Positions 24,264 through 37,078 of a stretch of DNA of 64,000 nt are shown piece after piece. The position numbers and the translations under genes are program-made. How positions within the stretch are numbered: the first letter of the stretch is position 1; each line of letters opens with the position of its first letter. This DNA comes from Anthoceros angustus (Eukaryota; Plantae; Anthocerotophyta), in the NCBI GenBank assembly GCA_010909165.1, contig VJWM01000126.1, positions 186,001 to 250,000 on the forward strand, given 5' to 3'. Under the pieces are notes generated by a model, which made no database searches, had not been told where the DNA came from, and saw only the letters and a list, made by a program, of their open reading frames with translations.

Positions 24264-25974
24264 TTCGGCTCACATTTCCACTCAGGGTTGAAGCAATTGA
24301 AGCTGATGCTCTTGCCAACAAGCCAACTGTTACAATTAAGTCAAAAAAGCATGCATGGATGCTTAACCAACAAGAAGTCAAAAAAGCATCAATGGTTTAG
24401 CATCGATGAATGCAATATGGACATGCCTACATGATATACAGGCCATATAGTTCCATTGATACAACTCAGTGCATATGAGGTTTACAATGCTTTGCATTGT
24501 AAATTGCCACTTAAAGAGTTGTATAAACCATATTTACAACTTTTAGTGTTGTAGTGCTCAAATACAAGCACCCAGCTAGCAAACATGGCTCAGCAAAAGC
24601 AAAGAACACTTGGCACCTTGACTTGATATCTGGGGCACAAAATATTCGAAAAACCTCTCTGCCTCCTCGACTTCCTTCTGTTGCAGTGCTTTCATCACTA
24701 TCACATGACACAACCTTAACTTGCTTAGAACGTGAGAACAAAGAGAAAACGAAGAACCAGTAGATAGACAAGCCACTTAGCATCCGTATCTGCCTCTCTA
24801 TTTTTAGTACCTCTAGGGTCATCCCAAAGTTGTGCGGCCAAAATAACGAGCGTATGGTGTTGCTGGGGCTCCAACGAGTGAGGAAGGAACCTCTGAACTT
24901 CCTAGCAACAACCGGCTTATTCATGAGGACCTTGGTGTGCACATGCAGCTCTAAGAACCTTGGCTCTGTGGCTTGCACATCACTTGCTCCCCTTAGTGGC
25001 GTCGGCATCGCTTGCTCTCGTGGTACCTACGCCATTGAGCCAAGGTCCTTGAAGCAAGCTACATACGCCACTCAGCTAAGGTTCTGAAACAGCTACCTTC
25101 GCCACTGAGGCAAGGTTTTTTAGGAGCAAATGCGGACAAGGCCTTGGAAAAGTGCCTCAGGTTTATGGATTAGGGAGTATATTAATGGAGGAAAGGGTTT
25201 AGGGTTCTCTCTAAATCCGTTCCCCTATTAAAATAGTTTTATTGGTGATCAATCTTCTTGACTAAGCTTGCTCGATTACCTGAAAAAACTCTGGGTCAAG
25301 AAGAAAGTTAGAATTCCATCAAACAGAAATATGAATATTATACAAATATATCTAATACAATAAATAATTTATAAATATATATAATATAATCTATCGTGTA
25401 TTTATGTGACTAAGTGGCGGACATGAGGCACCTAAGCCGAACTGCAGACGTGACCACTGCGGGGATCTGATTTACCTTGAAATACAAGAGCGGTTTTAGA
25501 AAGACAAATTTCATTAATAGAAGCAAAACGTTAGATTATATGCACAGTCACTGGTCTAGGCGCTTGCAAATCTCGCAGATTAGTATCGTAAAGATTATTT
25601 TTTGTATGCCAAACAGTCCGTGATTCTGTCGCGCAAATTACCAAATCTATGTACATCGCCTCTCACTGCTGGTTACTTTGTGGCGCCAGAAGCATGCGTT
25701 GATTGGTAACCAAAAGGACTGACACCGAGACCAAGCACAGCATCTTGCATAGATTGCTGGAATGATCTGGCTCAGCTCTTGCAGTTAACTGCCTTCGTTT
25801 TCCGTCGTAAGCTTGCTGAAGAGCTACACATATCGGAGAAAACTTGAAGCAAATTGTTCGAGATATCTCAAGGGTTTCCAAGATGAGTACTCAGATGCGA
25901 AGCCACTAGGTGTTGGACATCAAACTTCTCCTCACTAGCGGACCGTACACCTGTATTCAGAGGATCTTTCTTGA

Positions 25975-26892
25975 TTATCCCCACTCGAGCTCATCCACTG
26001 CACACATGAACTCCTTGGCCACAACCTTCAGCATTTTACAAGCTGCCTGAAGTCGCTCACAATGCTGTCTGGAGGCATAGAGGTCAGCCTCTGCATGGTG
26101 CAATCTGTCCTTCAAATCCAGGATCTGCTTCTGGAGGTCAGCATTGACCAAGTCCATCAGCAGTTTCTCTGACGCTTTCCTCTCGTCAGACTCATGCGTT
26201 GCATCAGGCAGCACCTCAAACCTTGAACGATCTTCTTGCAGAAAATCATCTCCATCCCGGAGCTCCTCAACACCAGACTTATCTCTCGGATCAGCCAGAA
26301 GCGCCGCAGTCACGTGCGTAAGCCGTCTTGAAAGTAATTCTTGCAGCGGAACATGTGCATCCGGACATCCCATGCGGCACCGGTTGCACAGACACAAACC
26401 AGCCAAGAGATTGTTTCTTGTCAGTGGGAGTCTGCAATACAAGCACCTTCTCTGCCGCATTTCAGGCAAGTCATGCTTGACAAGGCTGCAATATAACTCC
26501 ACCAGCAGCTGGTCATCATAAGGATCCGGAAGCGCCTCGGATCTTGAGCCATCCCCTGGCACCAAATCATCGCCTCCCCTCCACCAGTAGACACGCAGTC
26601 CGTCCAGATTTCCCAGGAAGAGATAAGCGCACATATTAGTCAAGAGATTCACGATTATGCCTGAGAGTCTGCAAAAGAAGCGCCACCCCTCGCACATTCC
26701 ATCTTCCAAGGTATGCTGGATAAGGCTCCAACCGAAGTCCATCTTCCTTCCCGCAGACGCTTCGCTTGAGCCAGACTCATCTGTTAGCTTCTTGGTGTCG
26801 TTACTTGTGCAGTCTTTTTCAAAATGATCTCGGGGGCACCGGTGAACCAGCAGTCCTACCACACTTCCCATTAAGGCTATGAAATGGTTCAT
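25975..26892 (-). CDS. Orphan protein (~305 aa) with an internal repeat, Cys motifs and a C-terminal coiled coil
   Basis: Uninterrupted ORF (first ATG 26892), CLYC..CLCNRC, duplicated GDDxxxxDxSRxExLPD motif and heptad-like LQKQILDLKDRLHHAEADL. A paralog exists at 28820-35152. Confidence 0.55.
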   Translation of the reverse strand: MNHFIALMGSVVGLLVHRCPRDHFEKDCTSNDTKKLTDESGSSEASAGRKMDFGWSLIQHTLEDGMCEGWRFFCRLSGIIVNLLTNMCAYLFLGNLDGLRVYWWRGGDDLVPGDGSRSEALPDPYDDQLLVELYCSLVKHDLPEMRQRRCLYCRLPLTRNNLLAGLCLCNRCRMGCPDAHVPLQELLSRRLTHVTAALLADPRDKSGVEELRDGDDFLQEDRSRFEVLPDATHESDERKASEKLLMDLVNADLQKQILDLKDRLHHAEADLYASRQHCERLQAACKMLKVVAKEFMCAVDELEWG

Positions 26893-28456
26893 CACGCTTC
26901 TGCGTTCCACCGATAGCTCAAGGATGCCAATCAGGAGATTTAGGGCGAGTCAGGGATACAATGGAAGTGCCCCGCAACTTGAAATACCTATAATCTCGTT
27001 TGAAATCGTGGCAGATCAACATCGTCCACAGGCTCTCCACGCTCCACACTCCACAGTTCAATGCAGTACCTAAATAATTGATGTTAAACAGGACAGTGTA
27101 ATGGTTGTCGAACTTGCAAGTTGCCACACGGTATTTGTGTCGTGGTTGGAGACTTGGAGTCCCATGGGCAAAACATGGAGACCAACGCCAGGTCCTCTGG
27201 GATGAGATGGCGTTAAAAGCACCTCTGCTAACTGATGCTTGTGATCTGACAATGGCATTGGCGAGTTTCTTGTGTCGTAGAAGGCAAAGAAGAAGTCTAT
27301 TACAGTCCACTTGGACGGAATTTTTCCTGTGCTGCTCGGCGTCTCCTCCAAGTTGTAAAGTACCGAGTCCCATGAGGGATTGGACGGAGTTTGCCTTGCC
27401 CTGTGCAGCTCGGCGTCTCCTTTTGGTTCGGGAGGAAGCTGAGGCCAAGCGGAGTCCCGTGATCGGCTTCCGTGCCACCGGAGCCGTGTGCTGCGATATG
27501 TATGAAGGCCTGGCTGCACTTGGTGCCACTTCTCACACCTGAGGGTTTCTTCACCCACTCCAATAGCCTATCTACCGTGGCATCCTCATCCAACAGCTTC
27601 ACAATCTATGATGAGGGTTTTGTTTCTAGCGGTAAATGTACAAGCTTTATAGATGGAATATCACCATGTCATGCGAGACGGGGGTATCGCCGGACCAGAA
27701 CAAAGTCTGGGGAGAACTAGAAACAACACCAGGCAGGCAGAGCCTGCTGCAGGGAGACACCCAAAACACCCAGCAGCCAGCACCTACATAAAGAAAATCG
27801 CAAGGACCTGGAGCTGGAAACGGCAGCCAAGGATACAACAGTGTGCAGGGAGCATAAAAGGAAACTAGGCCAACTCCTTCAGCCCGTATGTGAGAAAGTG
27901 CAGGTAAGAAGGGATAGGGGCCCTAGCCCACTCCTCCTACTTGGAAAGGAGAATACATTGCTGAAGAAGAATCTTGAAGAGGTCCATTTGCGGAGGCAAC
28001 AAAGAACCATGTTGGCCTCCCTCATGGATATGAGCCCCCAGCCCATGTAGTCCTTGCATCCACTGCCAGAAAGGGGGCAGGGAATTCGTGGTCTCCTTGA
28101 AATCCAGCAGGCCTGCTTCAGAGAAACAGTGCAAAAAAAACAACCACCAACTGCTACCTGCACCAGAGCTGAAACGTTAGGAAGCCAAGGTTCATGCCAA
28201 GTTGAGCCATGGTCTCCCATCAGACCTGATTCAAACTTGGAGATTTCGTCGGCACACCAGGATTAAACTCGTTTAGGGCCAGCCAATCAGCCCTCCGGAA
28301 GGCGTAGAGCAGTGTCTCCCCACCGCCCGAATTAGGACGCTGGGTGAGTCCCGCTCAACCAGGCAGCACACCACTGTAAGCCCCGTGCAGGAAACTGAGC
28401 TGCAACGTTAGGAAGCCAAGGTCCATGCCAAGTCGAGCCACGGTCTCGAAGGACCT

Positions 28457-28565
28457 ATGATCAGGGTAACAAAAATCGGAGCGTGGACGCCATATGCGAG
28501 CTATTCCATTTTTTGTCACCCCGATCATGACAAAAAAAATCGAATAGCTCGGATATGGCGTCCAC
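28457..28565. repeat. Two interleaved inverted-repeat pairs (A-B-A'-B')
   Basis: A 28457-28476 / A' 28509-28528; B 28483-28506 / B' 28542-28565 (23/24 match). Confidence 0.85.
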
Positions 28566-28915
28566 TCCTTCCGACTTCCCCCAACGGGCATTCTTTGGTA
28601 AGGGAAAGAATGGAGGATTCTTCACCTGGAGTGACTCATACCCGGACTGAACCCTAAACCCTAAACCCTTGCTGGCTTTAGGGTTTAATTTAGAGATGAA
28701 TCCAGTTCCTATCCGCTGTTGACAATGGTCCACGCGCTTCTCCTGTAGATGCAGCGGACGCAGGAAAAGGCCACACGAGGATCAAGAAATACATGGCCCA
28801 CCGGCTCGTTCGTGTGTGAATCAGAGGATCTTTCTTGATCATCGCCACTCGAGCTTATCCACTGCGCATATGAAGTTTATGAACTACTCCTTGGCCACAA
28901 CCTTCAGCATTTTAC

Positions 28916-29124
28916 TGTTAACACATATAGCATACTAGCCCTTAGGGCACGCTTCAGAATTTTAAGTTAAGTAGAACTGAACGGGCATACCTAGTATGAA
29001 CTGACACGGACAGTTACGAGATAGAAACGCTTGGGCAAAGCCCATAATGTAACACGCACATTTGCTCAAGCTTAATGCAATCCACGATGCAGCAATCTCA
29101 TGATTGTCTCCATCCACATTTACA
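28916..29124 (+). repeat. Copia 5' LTR
   Basis: TGTTAACAC...CATTTACA; one substitution seen against the 3' LTR. Confidence 0.97.
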
Positions 29125-32100
29125 TGGTATCAGAGCAGGCGCCCTATTACCCTGAATACCTGCACCCCAAAATGGCAGGACATAAAAATACATGATCATG
29201 CCAGGCTCTCGTAAGAAAGAATGCCTGAGCCGACGAACCAACAGCTCGCTGTGATCTAGAATCACAAAGGTTCCACAGAGAACAAAGTTACCTAAAAGAG
29301 GCACAAGAGAATCTATGGCACTACGCCTGGATCAGGACATGCTCAATGCTCCTTGTAATCGCTGAAGAATTGCACCTCCGAGGCTTCGTCGACCCAAGCG
29401 ACTACGATCGGGCATACGAGATTTCTCCTTCCTATTCATGATTAAGAAATACAAAACAATCCACAATGGTCGGGCACTTCACAACCATAGTTAGTGTGCA
29501 TGCCCATTCAACCCAATGTAATTGAAAGAATCCATCATCCGCCTACATAATCTCCGCATGTAATCGCCTCCCGATAGTACCGGTTCACGGACAACCTATA
29601 TGTGCTGCCCTCAAAGAATCGAAATTGAGGAGTCCCTCAACAACATTATCCAACAATTAGAGAGTCTAGCAGCCAACACACCTAACAGCAACACCCTCTA
29701 CAAGATTCTCATCACCCTTCAAGTACAAACAACTTGCCTCCTCAGGCACACAATCCTCACTTCCTAAACAATTAACCCACAGCGCTTACCAGCATGGCCC
29801 CCTCTTCCATCAATCTGTCAAAGGAAGATCGTTTTGACGGCCAGCAACACAACTTCGCAGTATGGAAGTTTCGCATCACCGAAATTCTGAAGGAACGCAA
29901 ACTCTAGACTTTTGTGGGAGGCGTCGGCAACCCTCCTGTCGTCACCCCACGACCAGGAGCCAACGCCACTGCAGCAGAGAAAGAGGATTGGGAAGATCAG
30001 AATCAACAAGCTAAAAACATTCTCATGCAATCCATGAGATCAGGCCATGTCCAACAAATCGCAGGAGCAGAGACTGCAGCCGAAGCCTGGCAGCAGCTAC
30101 ATGACATTTATGCCTCAACAGACATCATGCACACTGTGCACACCATTACAAATTTCTTCGGACTTAGAATGTCTGAAACTGACCAGGTGGATCAACACAC
30201 CATTAATTTTAGAAGCTGGATGACGAAGTTCACAGCCACTGGCTTCGCCCTCCAAGAGGACCTCTCTGCAGCTCTCCTCTTATCCACCTTACCGGAGTCC
30301 TGGGTAAGCATGGTGCAATCCCCGCAAGGCGTCCAACCGCTCACCCTTAACAAGGTCATCAGCGCAATGCTGACTGAAGAGGCTAGAAGGAAACTACACG
30401 CCTACTCATTTACAGGAGAATCTTCCTCACGAGCCTTCTTCACAGGACGCGGCAGATCCAGGGGACGAGGTCGTGGAAATTTCAGAGGCAGCAACAGAGG
30501 CAGAGGCACTTACCCCAACAGAGGACGTGGTAATTATAATCCCTCATGGAAACCAGTATGTGGATACTGCAAAATCCCCGGCCATACCTACGAAGAATGT
30601 AGGAAATGGTTAGCCGTAGGCAACCCAAGGCACCAACAATCAGGGCAACTTGCCCTCACCATGAAGAGACACTCAAGGGCTTTTCTCACACAAGTGAGTC
30701 ACCTACCTGGTCCAACCAGCCCTTTAGCCCTCGTAGCCTCTTATCTCTCAGCCCATGACGGCCAACACACCTGGTACATAGATTCTGGAGCCTCCCAGCA
30801 TATGACCCCACACCACGAATATTTTAGCCACGTCAATACCAGCACACCCCCACTCTTTGTCACCTTGGGACGACACCAAGCACCCTATCTCGTGTCACGA
30901 CTGCCGACCCACACGCTGCCCCAATTCAACCTTACAAATCTGGGAGCAGCTAGTACCGCCTAACGAAGAACCTCTTCTCGATCCGGAAAGTGGATCCCCG
31001 TTATGTCCGCTTTGAGGAGGCCATTGCATAATCGAGACCCCACAAGGGGACCTCCGGCCATGGGGACCTGCAGGACGATGATCTCTATCACCTCAACGTT
31101 ACTACCTCCCTGCCGCCCACCCTCCTCCTTATCTCGCAGCAACCAACACAGCATCTTATTTATGGCACGACGCCTTGGACACATGCACACTCAGGATGAA
31201 GGACATGTTAAAACTCGTGCCGCAGTATACCACTCACCGTGGTTGAAGACTTTGGTATATGTGATGCTCGCTCACTAGGCAAAAGCCATCGCCTCCCCAT
31301 TTCCAAAAGGACCCTCGACGAGCGAATAAGACTCCAACTTGTACACACCGACTTATGTGGCCCTTTCCAACGATCACTCTTTGGATACCTTTATTTTATG
31401 CCCTGATAGACGACTACTCTCGCTTCGGGTTTCTACCCATCAAACACAAGGCACCACTCACTTGCCTCGGGACTACAAAACTGGGCCGAAAAGCAAACGG
31501 AGAACACCTACTTACCATTCGCATGACGGAGGTGGTGAATTAACTCCAACCAGCCTCGCACTGCAGATCACGGATCGCAGTGTCACTACTCCACACACCT
31601 CTCGCAGAACGGGTAGCCGAACGGATGAGAACCATACAGATCGCGGTCTATCCATGCCGATTCATGCAGCCTTCCCAAAAGCTACCGGCTCAAGCCATGT
31701 CTCACGCAGCATGTACATTCAACCGAGCCTTACCTCCTCCCCGCCTAACTTACCTTTTGAAGCTCGGATGTGGTCAAAGCCCGACCTCGACACTCGTAAT
31801 ATTCCAATCAGATATGTTCATACACCCAAGGCTACCGGACAAAGCTCGACAATCGAGCATGTATACATTTTCATCGGATTTTCCGACGGCGTGAAGGATA
31901 CAAGCTTATCCATCCACGGACCCACGGATCACTCACTCACGAGATGTCCTGCTCATGGAAGACATGCCTTCTTGATGGGAGCATCGAACCCCGTTCTAAT
32001 CGACACACGGAGGAGCGATGAGGACGACATCGACCTCTCCCCCCACCCCACGGCACTCCTCCACCGTCCCTCACCAACCGCCTCCTCCACCCCCGCCTGC

Positions 32101-34421
32101 GGCGCCTCCCCCACACCCCTACCTGACACCGCCTCGGCCACCACAATCGACATCCTCTTTGGGGACTTGACATTCCAATTGGGCGCCCCAGGCTCACCGC
32201 ATCAACGCCTCGGACTCCAGCGCGCCATCGCCCCTGAGCGACGGGACCAGCAGTTCGGCCCACAGTGGCTCAGATCATCACGCCTCCGCAGCGCGCTCCC
32301 ACGCGCCAACGTGATGAGGCGGACCCATGGCCGGCCCGACGCAGCTCCATGGCGGCGGTGCACCGCGCCCCTCCCGGCGCGACACCTCGCAGCCCCCACC
32401 GTGGCGCTCACCCACCGACTCGGATCGCCGCCACCATGGCGCACTCAGGCGCCAGGCCACGATCGCGACCAGCGCCTCACGATCCTCCACCGAACTCGCC
32501 TCGGCTCTCCTTCTCGACCCGACGCGGGTTCTTCACCGTATAATACTTCAAACGAATTTCGCATTATCCCAGACTCCAAAAGGCAAGTAGAAATATTTAT
32601 GACGCTTATCCTATTTCGGATATTCCAAATATACGATAATGCGGATCCAAGACCTCGACTGATGACACCATGGACGATATGCCACAACAACTGATAGCAC
32701 TAACGACACTAGGGAAGACGCCTCTGACCAATGCGGTAAAATACGGAGGTACTCCCTACTAACCGGAGAGACCCTAAAAACACTTTAGCTTATTGCCTTA
32801 CCGCAGCTATAGATCGGTTTGTTCCTATCGGATGCCATCACTTGCCCAGAAAAGGAGAACTGGAAGAAGGCCATCAGGTCAGAATTAGATTAATTAAGAG
32901 CTAATAAAACTTGGAAACTAACCACATTACCTAAGGGTAGGAAGTTAGTTGGCTCTAAGTGGACCTTTAAGATTAAACTAAACGCAGATAGCAGGATAGA
33001 GAGATACAAAGCCAGATTAGTCGCCAAAGGGTACTCGCAGAAACACGGTTTCGACTACGACGAGACTTTTAGCCCGGTACTCAAAATTACCTCCTTAAGG
33101 ATCCTAATGGCCTTAGCTGCTCACCATGATTATGAGTTGATGCAGCTAGATATTAAAACAGCATTTCTCTACGGCGATCTCAAACACAAGATCTTCATGG
33201 AAATGAAGGTATACAAGTTAATAACAATGAGTTTAATGCCTGTGAATTATTAAAGGCACTTTACGGACTCAGACAAAGTGCTCTTGAATGGTATGACAAA
33301 TTAGACACTACGCTTCAGGACCTAGGCTTCACCAGTTAAGCTCAGATAGTAATATCTATATCAATAGGCAAAATGGTCACTTCATTGTTCTAGGAGTCTA
33401 CGCCATCGTCCTAATGTCTAACTCAAAGCAAGTCCTAGAAAACACTGCAAGATGCTCACGAGGTTCTCAATGACCACATGCCGTGAGCTTTCCTTTTGTC
33501 TAGGGATTCAAATTGTTAGAGATAGAAAGGCTAGAAGTCTATTTATTCATCAATCTAAATATATACAAGAGATTTTAGTTAAGTACAAAATGATAGATTG
33601 TAAGCCTATAGCCACTCCTATGGAGACTAACCAAAAGCTAACTGAGGATGATGATGATGATCAACATGAGGCAAATGACTACAGCACCGACGAGGTGCCC
33701 TACTCTTCCGCTCTCGGAAGCGTGATGTATTTGATGATCCGCACCAGACCAGACCTTGCATTTTCAGTGGGAGCTTTATCTAAGTTCTTATCTGCTCCTA
33801 CTCAAGCTCATTGGAAGGCACTAAAGAGGATCTTTAGGTACTTAAGAGCAACCTCAGATACGGGACTGCTCTACCACTCTCAGATCCAAGAGGACCAACA
33901 TCTACAACTCGAGGCGTTCAGCGATGCCGATTGGGCCGGCAACAGAGACAACAGAAAGAGCATAAGCAGCTATGTTTTCTTACTTGGCGGAACGGCAACA
34001 AGCTGGAGCAGCAAACGACAACAAACAGTTGCACTCAGCTCAACGGAGGCCGAGTATTGCTCTTTAACCCACGCGTGCAAGGAAGGACTTTGGCAGCTTT
34101 ATGAGCTAGCCGAACTAGGAGAAATTCAACAAATACCAAGACCTTTGTACTGCGACAACCAGGGTGCCATCTCGCTAACATACAGCTCCAAGTTCCATGC
34201 TCGAACTAAGCATGTGGAGGTACAATTTCACTTTATAAGACAAGTAGTTAGCGATGGCAAATTCTCCGTGCTTTACTGCCCAACCGAGCAGATGACGGCG
34301 GACGTGCTCACCAAGGCACTCAGCAAAGTGAAGCACCAGGAACACTCCTTTAACATGGGGCTAAGAAGCCTGTCGTATATTCAATAGCTATAGCACCTAA
34401 GAGCTAGACGCTAAGTGGGAG

Positions 34422-34630
34422 TGTTAACACATATAGCATACTAGCCCTTAGGGCACGCTTCAGAATTTTAAGTTAAGTAGAACTGAACGGGCATACCTAG
34501 TATGAACCGACACGGACAGTTACGAGATAGAAACGCTTGGGCAAAGCCCATAATGTAACACGCACATTTGCTCAAGCTTAATGCAATCCACGATGCAGCA
34601 ATCTCATGATTGTCTCCATCCACATTTACA
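34422..34630 (+). repeat. Copia 3' LTR
   Basis: Same 209-bp sequence as the 5' LTR. Confidence 0.97.
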
Positions 34631-35441
34631 TTTACAAGCTGCCTGAAGTCGCTCACGATACTGTCTGGGCATATGGGGCGGCCTCTGCATGGTGCAATAG
34701 GTCGTCCAATTCCAGGATTGTTTCTTGTCAGTGGGAGTCTGCAAAACAAGCACCGTCTCCCACATTCCAGGCAAGACATACTTGATAAGGCTGCAATATG
34801 ACTCCATCAGCAGCTGGTCATCAGAAGGATCCGGAAAGGGCACGGATCGTGAACCATCCTCTGGCACCAAATCATCTCCTCCCCTGCACCAGTAGACACG
34901 CAGTCTACCCGGATTTCCCAGGAAACGATACCTGCACAAATTAGTCAAGTGATTCATGATTATGCCTGAGAGTCTGCACATGTACACCTCTCATATTCCA
35001 ACTGCCAAGGTATGCTGGATGAGAGGCTGCGACCGAGGTCCATTTTCCTTTAACGCAGACGCTTCGCTTGCGCCAGACTCATGTGTTCCGCTAAGACGCT
35101 TCTTGGAGTCGTCATTTGTGCGATCTTATTCAAAATGATCTCTTGGGCACCGGTCCCCTCGAAGGAAGGCGACGAGACAGTTCTTGACAGTCCGGTGGTC
35201 TACCGGTCGCGCGCTCGAGGTAATCGTAATCGTATGTTTTGAAAGCTATTAGTGAGTAATACTACATAGTTACCGGACAAACGCATGTTTAGAATGCATA
35301 ATGGGTCCAGGCATGAGACTCAGTCTTGACAAGCATAATTAGCCTCTATCTTCTAACTAGGTATGCCCCTCGTCTTCTAGCTACGTTTCCTAGCCAAGTG
35401 TCAACATGCATAATCATCTGGTGTGCTCCCAGAACAGCTTT

Positions 35442-37078
35442 TCAGTGAGACGGTGCTTTTTCATTGATGATCCTTTCCGAGAAGTCCCAGAGCTGCTCGG
35501 CCAGAGAAGTGTCCAGAGCCAAGTAGCCAGGGACTTTTTTTCTGCAGTCGGAATAATACTTCCCGCTCACTCCATTGAGACTCGGGTGAAGAGCAACATA
35601 CAAACTCGTGGATGCCCCCTGCACAGAGTGACCAAGATCTTGTCAGCAGCCTGGTATACAAATTCTACGTTTGCGTGAGAAGGAAAAACGCCAACCCGTT
35701 ACGAACCTGCGGAACGCTCTTCCATACGAAGTATGCAATCCAACTGAAAGCGTCTGCATTTATCAATAGCGTCAGTGTTAGCAATAATCTCCATCTGTAT
35801 ATGAGAGAAAATTCTTCGAGTCCAGGACAGAAGCGTACTTGTTCCATTTTCGTTCTTGTAATATCTTTTATGGTTTGCTTTGACAAATCCAGGGTGAACA
35901 GAATTGGCCGTCACGTTGGCTCCTTCTTCCTGCCATCACAGCTTCGCTTTTAGACACATGCTGGGGAATACGATATCTTATTTTCAACGGAAAAATGCTA
36001 ATCAGTTGGACCTTGAGACGTCTGCCCAGCTCCTTGGCATGGAGCAGGGTAGCAAGTTTCGATTGCCCGTAAGCACCAGCAGGATCATATCTGCAGAAAA
36101 ATAGAGGAAACGGTCAAGCGGAAAGTGCAGGGCAAAGAGAAGCACAATTGCTGCTCGCACGATAATCCATACCCGTATTTATCATTGAGCCTGTCAAATC
36201 TGATACCCCTTTTGTATGCAAGAACGTGAGCGATAGAGGTCAAGTTCACAATTCGCCCCTCTATACCAGTAGCCTTTGCAGTCGACTTCAGCTTCTCCAA
36301 GAGAAGTTTTGTAAGATAGAAATGCCCTGGCCAGTAAAACACGTGTGAGAACATCCTAGCATGGAGAACCAGACCCCTTTTCTAGGTCTCCTGCGGCGGA
36401 TTCAGAAACAGACTTACCAAGATAATTGGTCGCAAATTGCATCTCGATCCCGTCCACTGAACGCTGGAACGGGCACATCACAACACCCGCATTGTTTCTG
36501 CAAGAAAATTGCCGAGACATCAGCAATTCTGTCAACAGCTCTCCATATACTATCCTAGTATCCCGTGTCCACATCACTGAGTACTCACATCAATACATTT
36601 AACGGATATCCTGTGGCCAGGAATGCATCCGCGAACTTCTTGACGGACGCCAAGGAGCTGAGATCAAGCTCCATGCACTCCACAACTCCATCTGGAATGC
36701 TCTTTTTGATTTCCTTCCTCGTGCTCTCAGCCGCACTCACATTCCTCGTTGCAAGGATCACTCGAGCTCCGCGCAGGGCAAGAACCCGCGCGGTTTCAGC
36801 TCCAATTCCACTCGTTCCGCCTGAAACAAAACAGTTTAAAGCTTACTCGATTTCTCTCCTCCGCCAACACTCGTACCGAATCCAATTGAAGACATATGTC
36901 CACGCCTCTAGCTTAGGAGAACAATCTCTTTAACAAGCCTCCTCTTAGCAAACAAACCTGTAATTATTGCAGTCCGGCCTCTAAGATTAATGCCGTCCGA
37001 CACCTCCTCTGCTGTGGACGCACTTCCGAACTTCTTCCCCTGCTTGCCCGTCACCACGGCATGAAATTTGTCATTCAT
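35442..37078 (-). CDS. Short-chain dehydrogenase, TIC32/retinol-dehydrogenase-like, about 8 exons
   Basis: STAEEVSDGINLRGRTAIITG/GTSGIGAETARVLA, LDLSSLASV, NNAG, QFATNYL/GHF, AYGQSKLA (YxxxK), ANSVHPG, GASTSLYVA..GKYYSDC. Start codon is tentative. Confidence 0.92.

Larger units (their letters stand above)
28916..34630 (+). mobile_element. Full-length Ty1/copia LTR retrotransposon
   Basis: 209-bp TG...CA LTRs, TSD TTTAC (28911-28915 / 34631-34635), PBS TGGTATCAGAGC (29125-29136), purine tract before 34422. Gag from ATG 29794 with CGYCKIPGHTYEEC knuckle, protease WYIDSGAS, integrase, RT (YKARLVAKG, LDIKTAFL) and RNase H (SDADWAG..SSTEAEY) ending 34387. Many frameshifts. Confidence 0.97.
28820..35152 (-). 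pseudogene. Paralog of the 25975-26892 orphan gene, internally deleted and split by the copia insertion (pieces 28820-28915 and 34631-35152)
   Basis: Removing the element restores TTCAGCATTTTACAAGCTGCCTGAAGTCGCTCAC as at 26027-26060. Peptide RLSGIIMNHLTNLCRYRFLGNPGRLRVYWCRGGDDLVPEDGSRS matches the intact copy. Confidence 0.9.

Noticed and set aside
25190-25210. AGGGTTTAGGGTT as a telomere or chromosome-fusion relic
   Set aside because: Only two units; such telo-box-sized motifs are common in plant intergenic DNA.
31339-32694. 451-aa ORF as a separate gene
   Set aside because: It is a mosaic of frames across the frameshifted copia integrase region.
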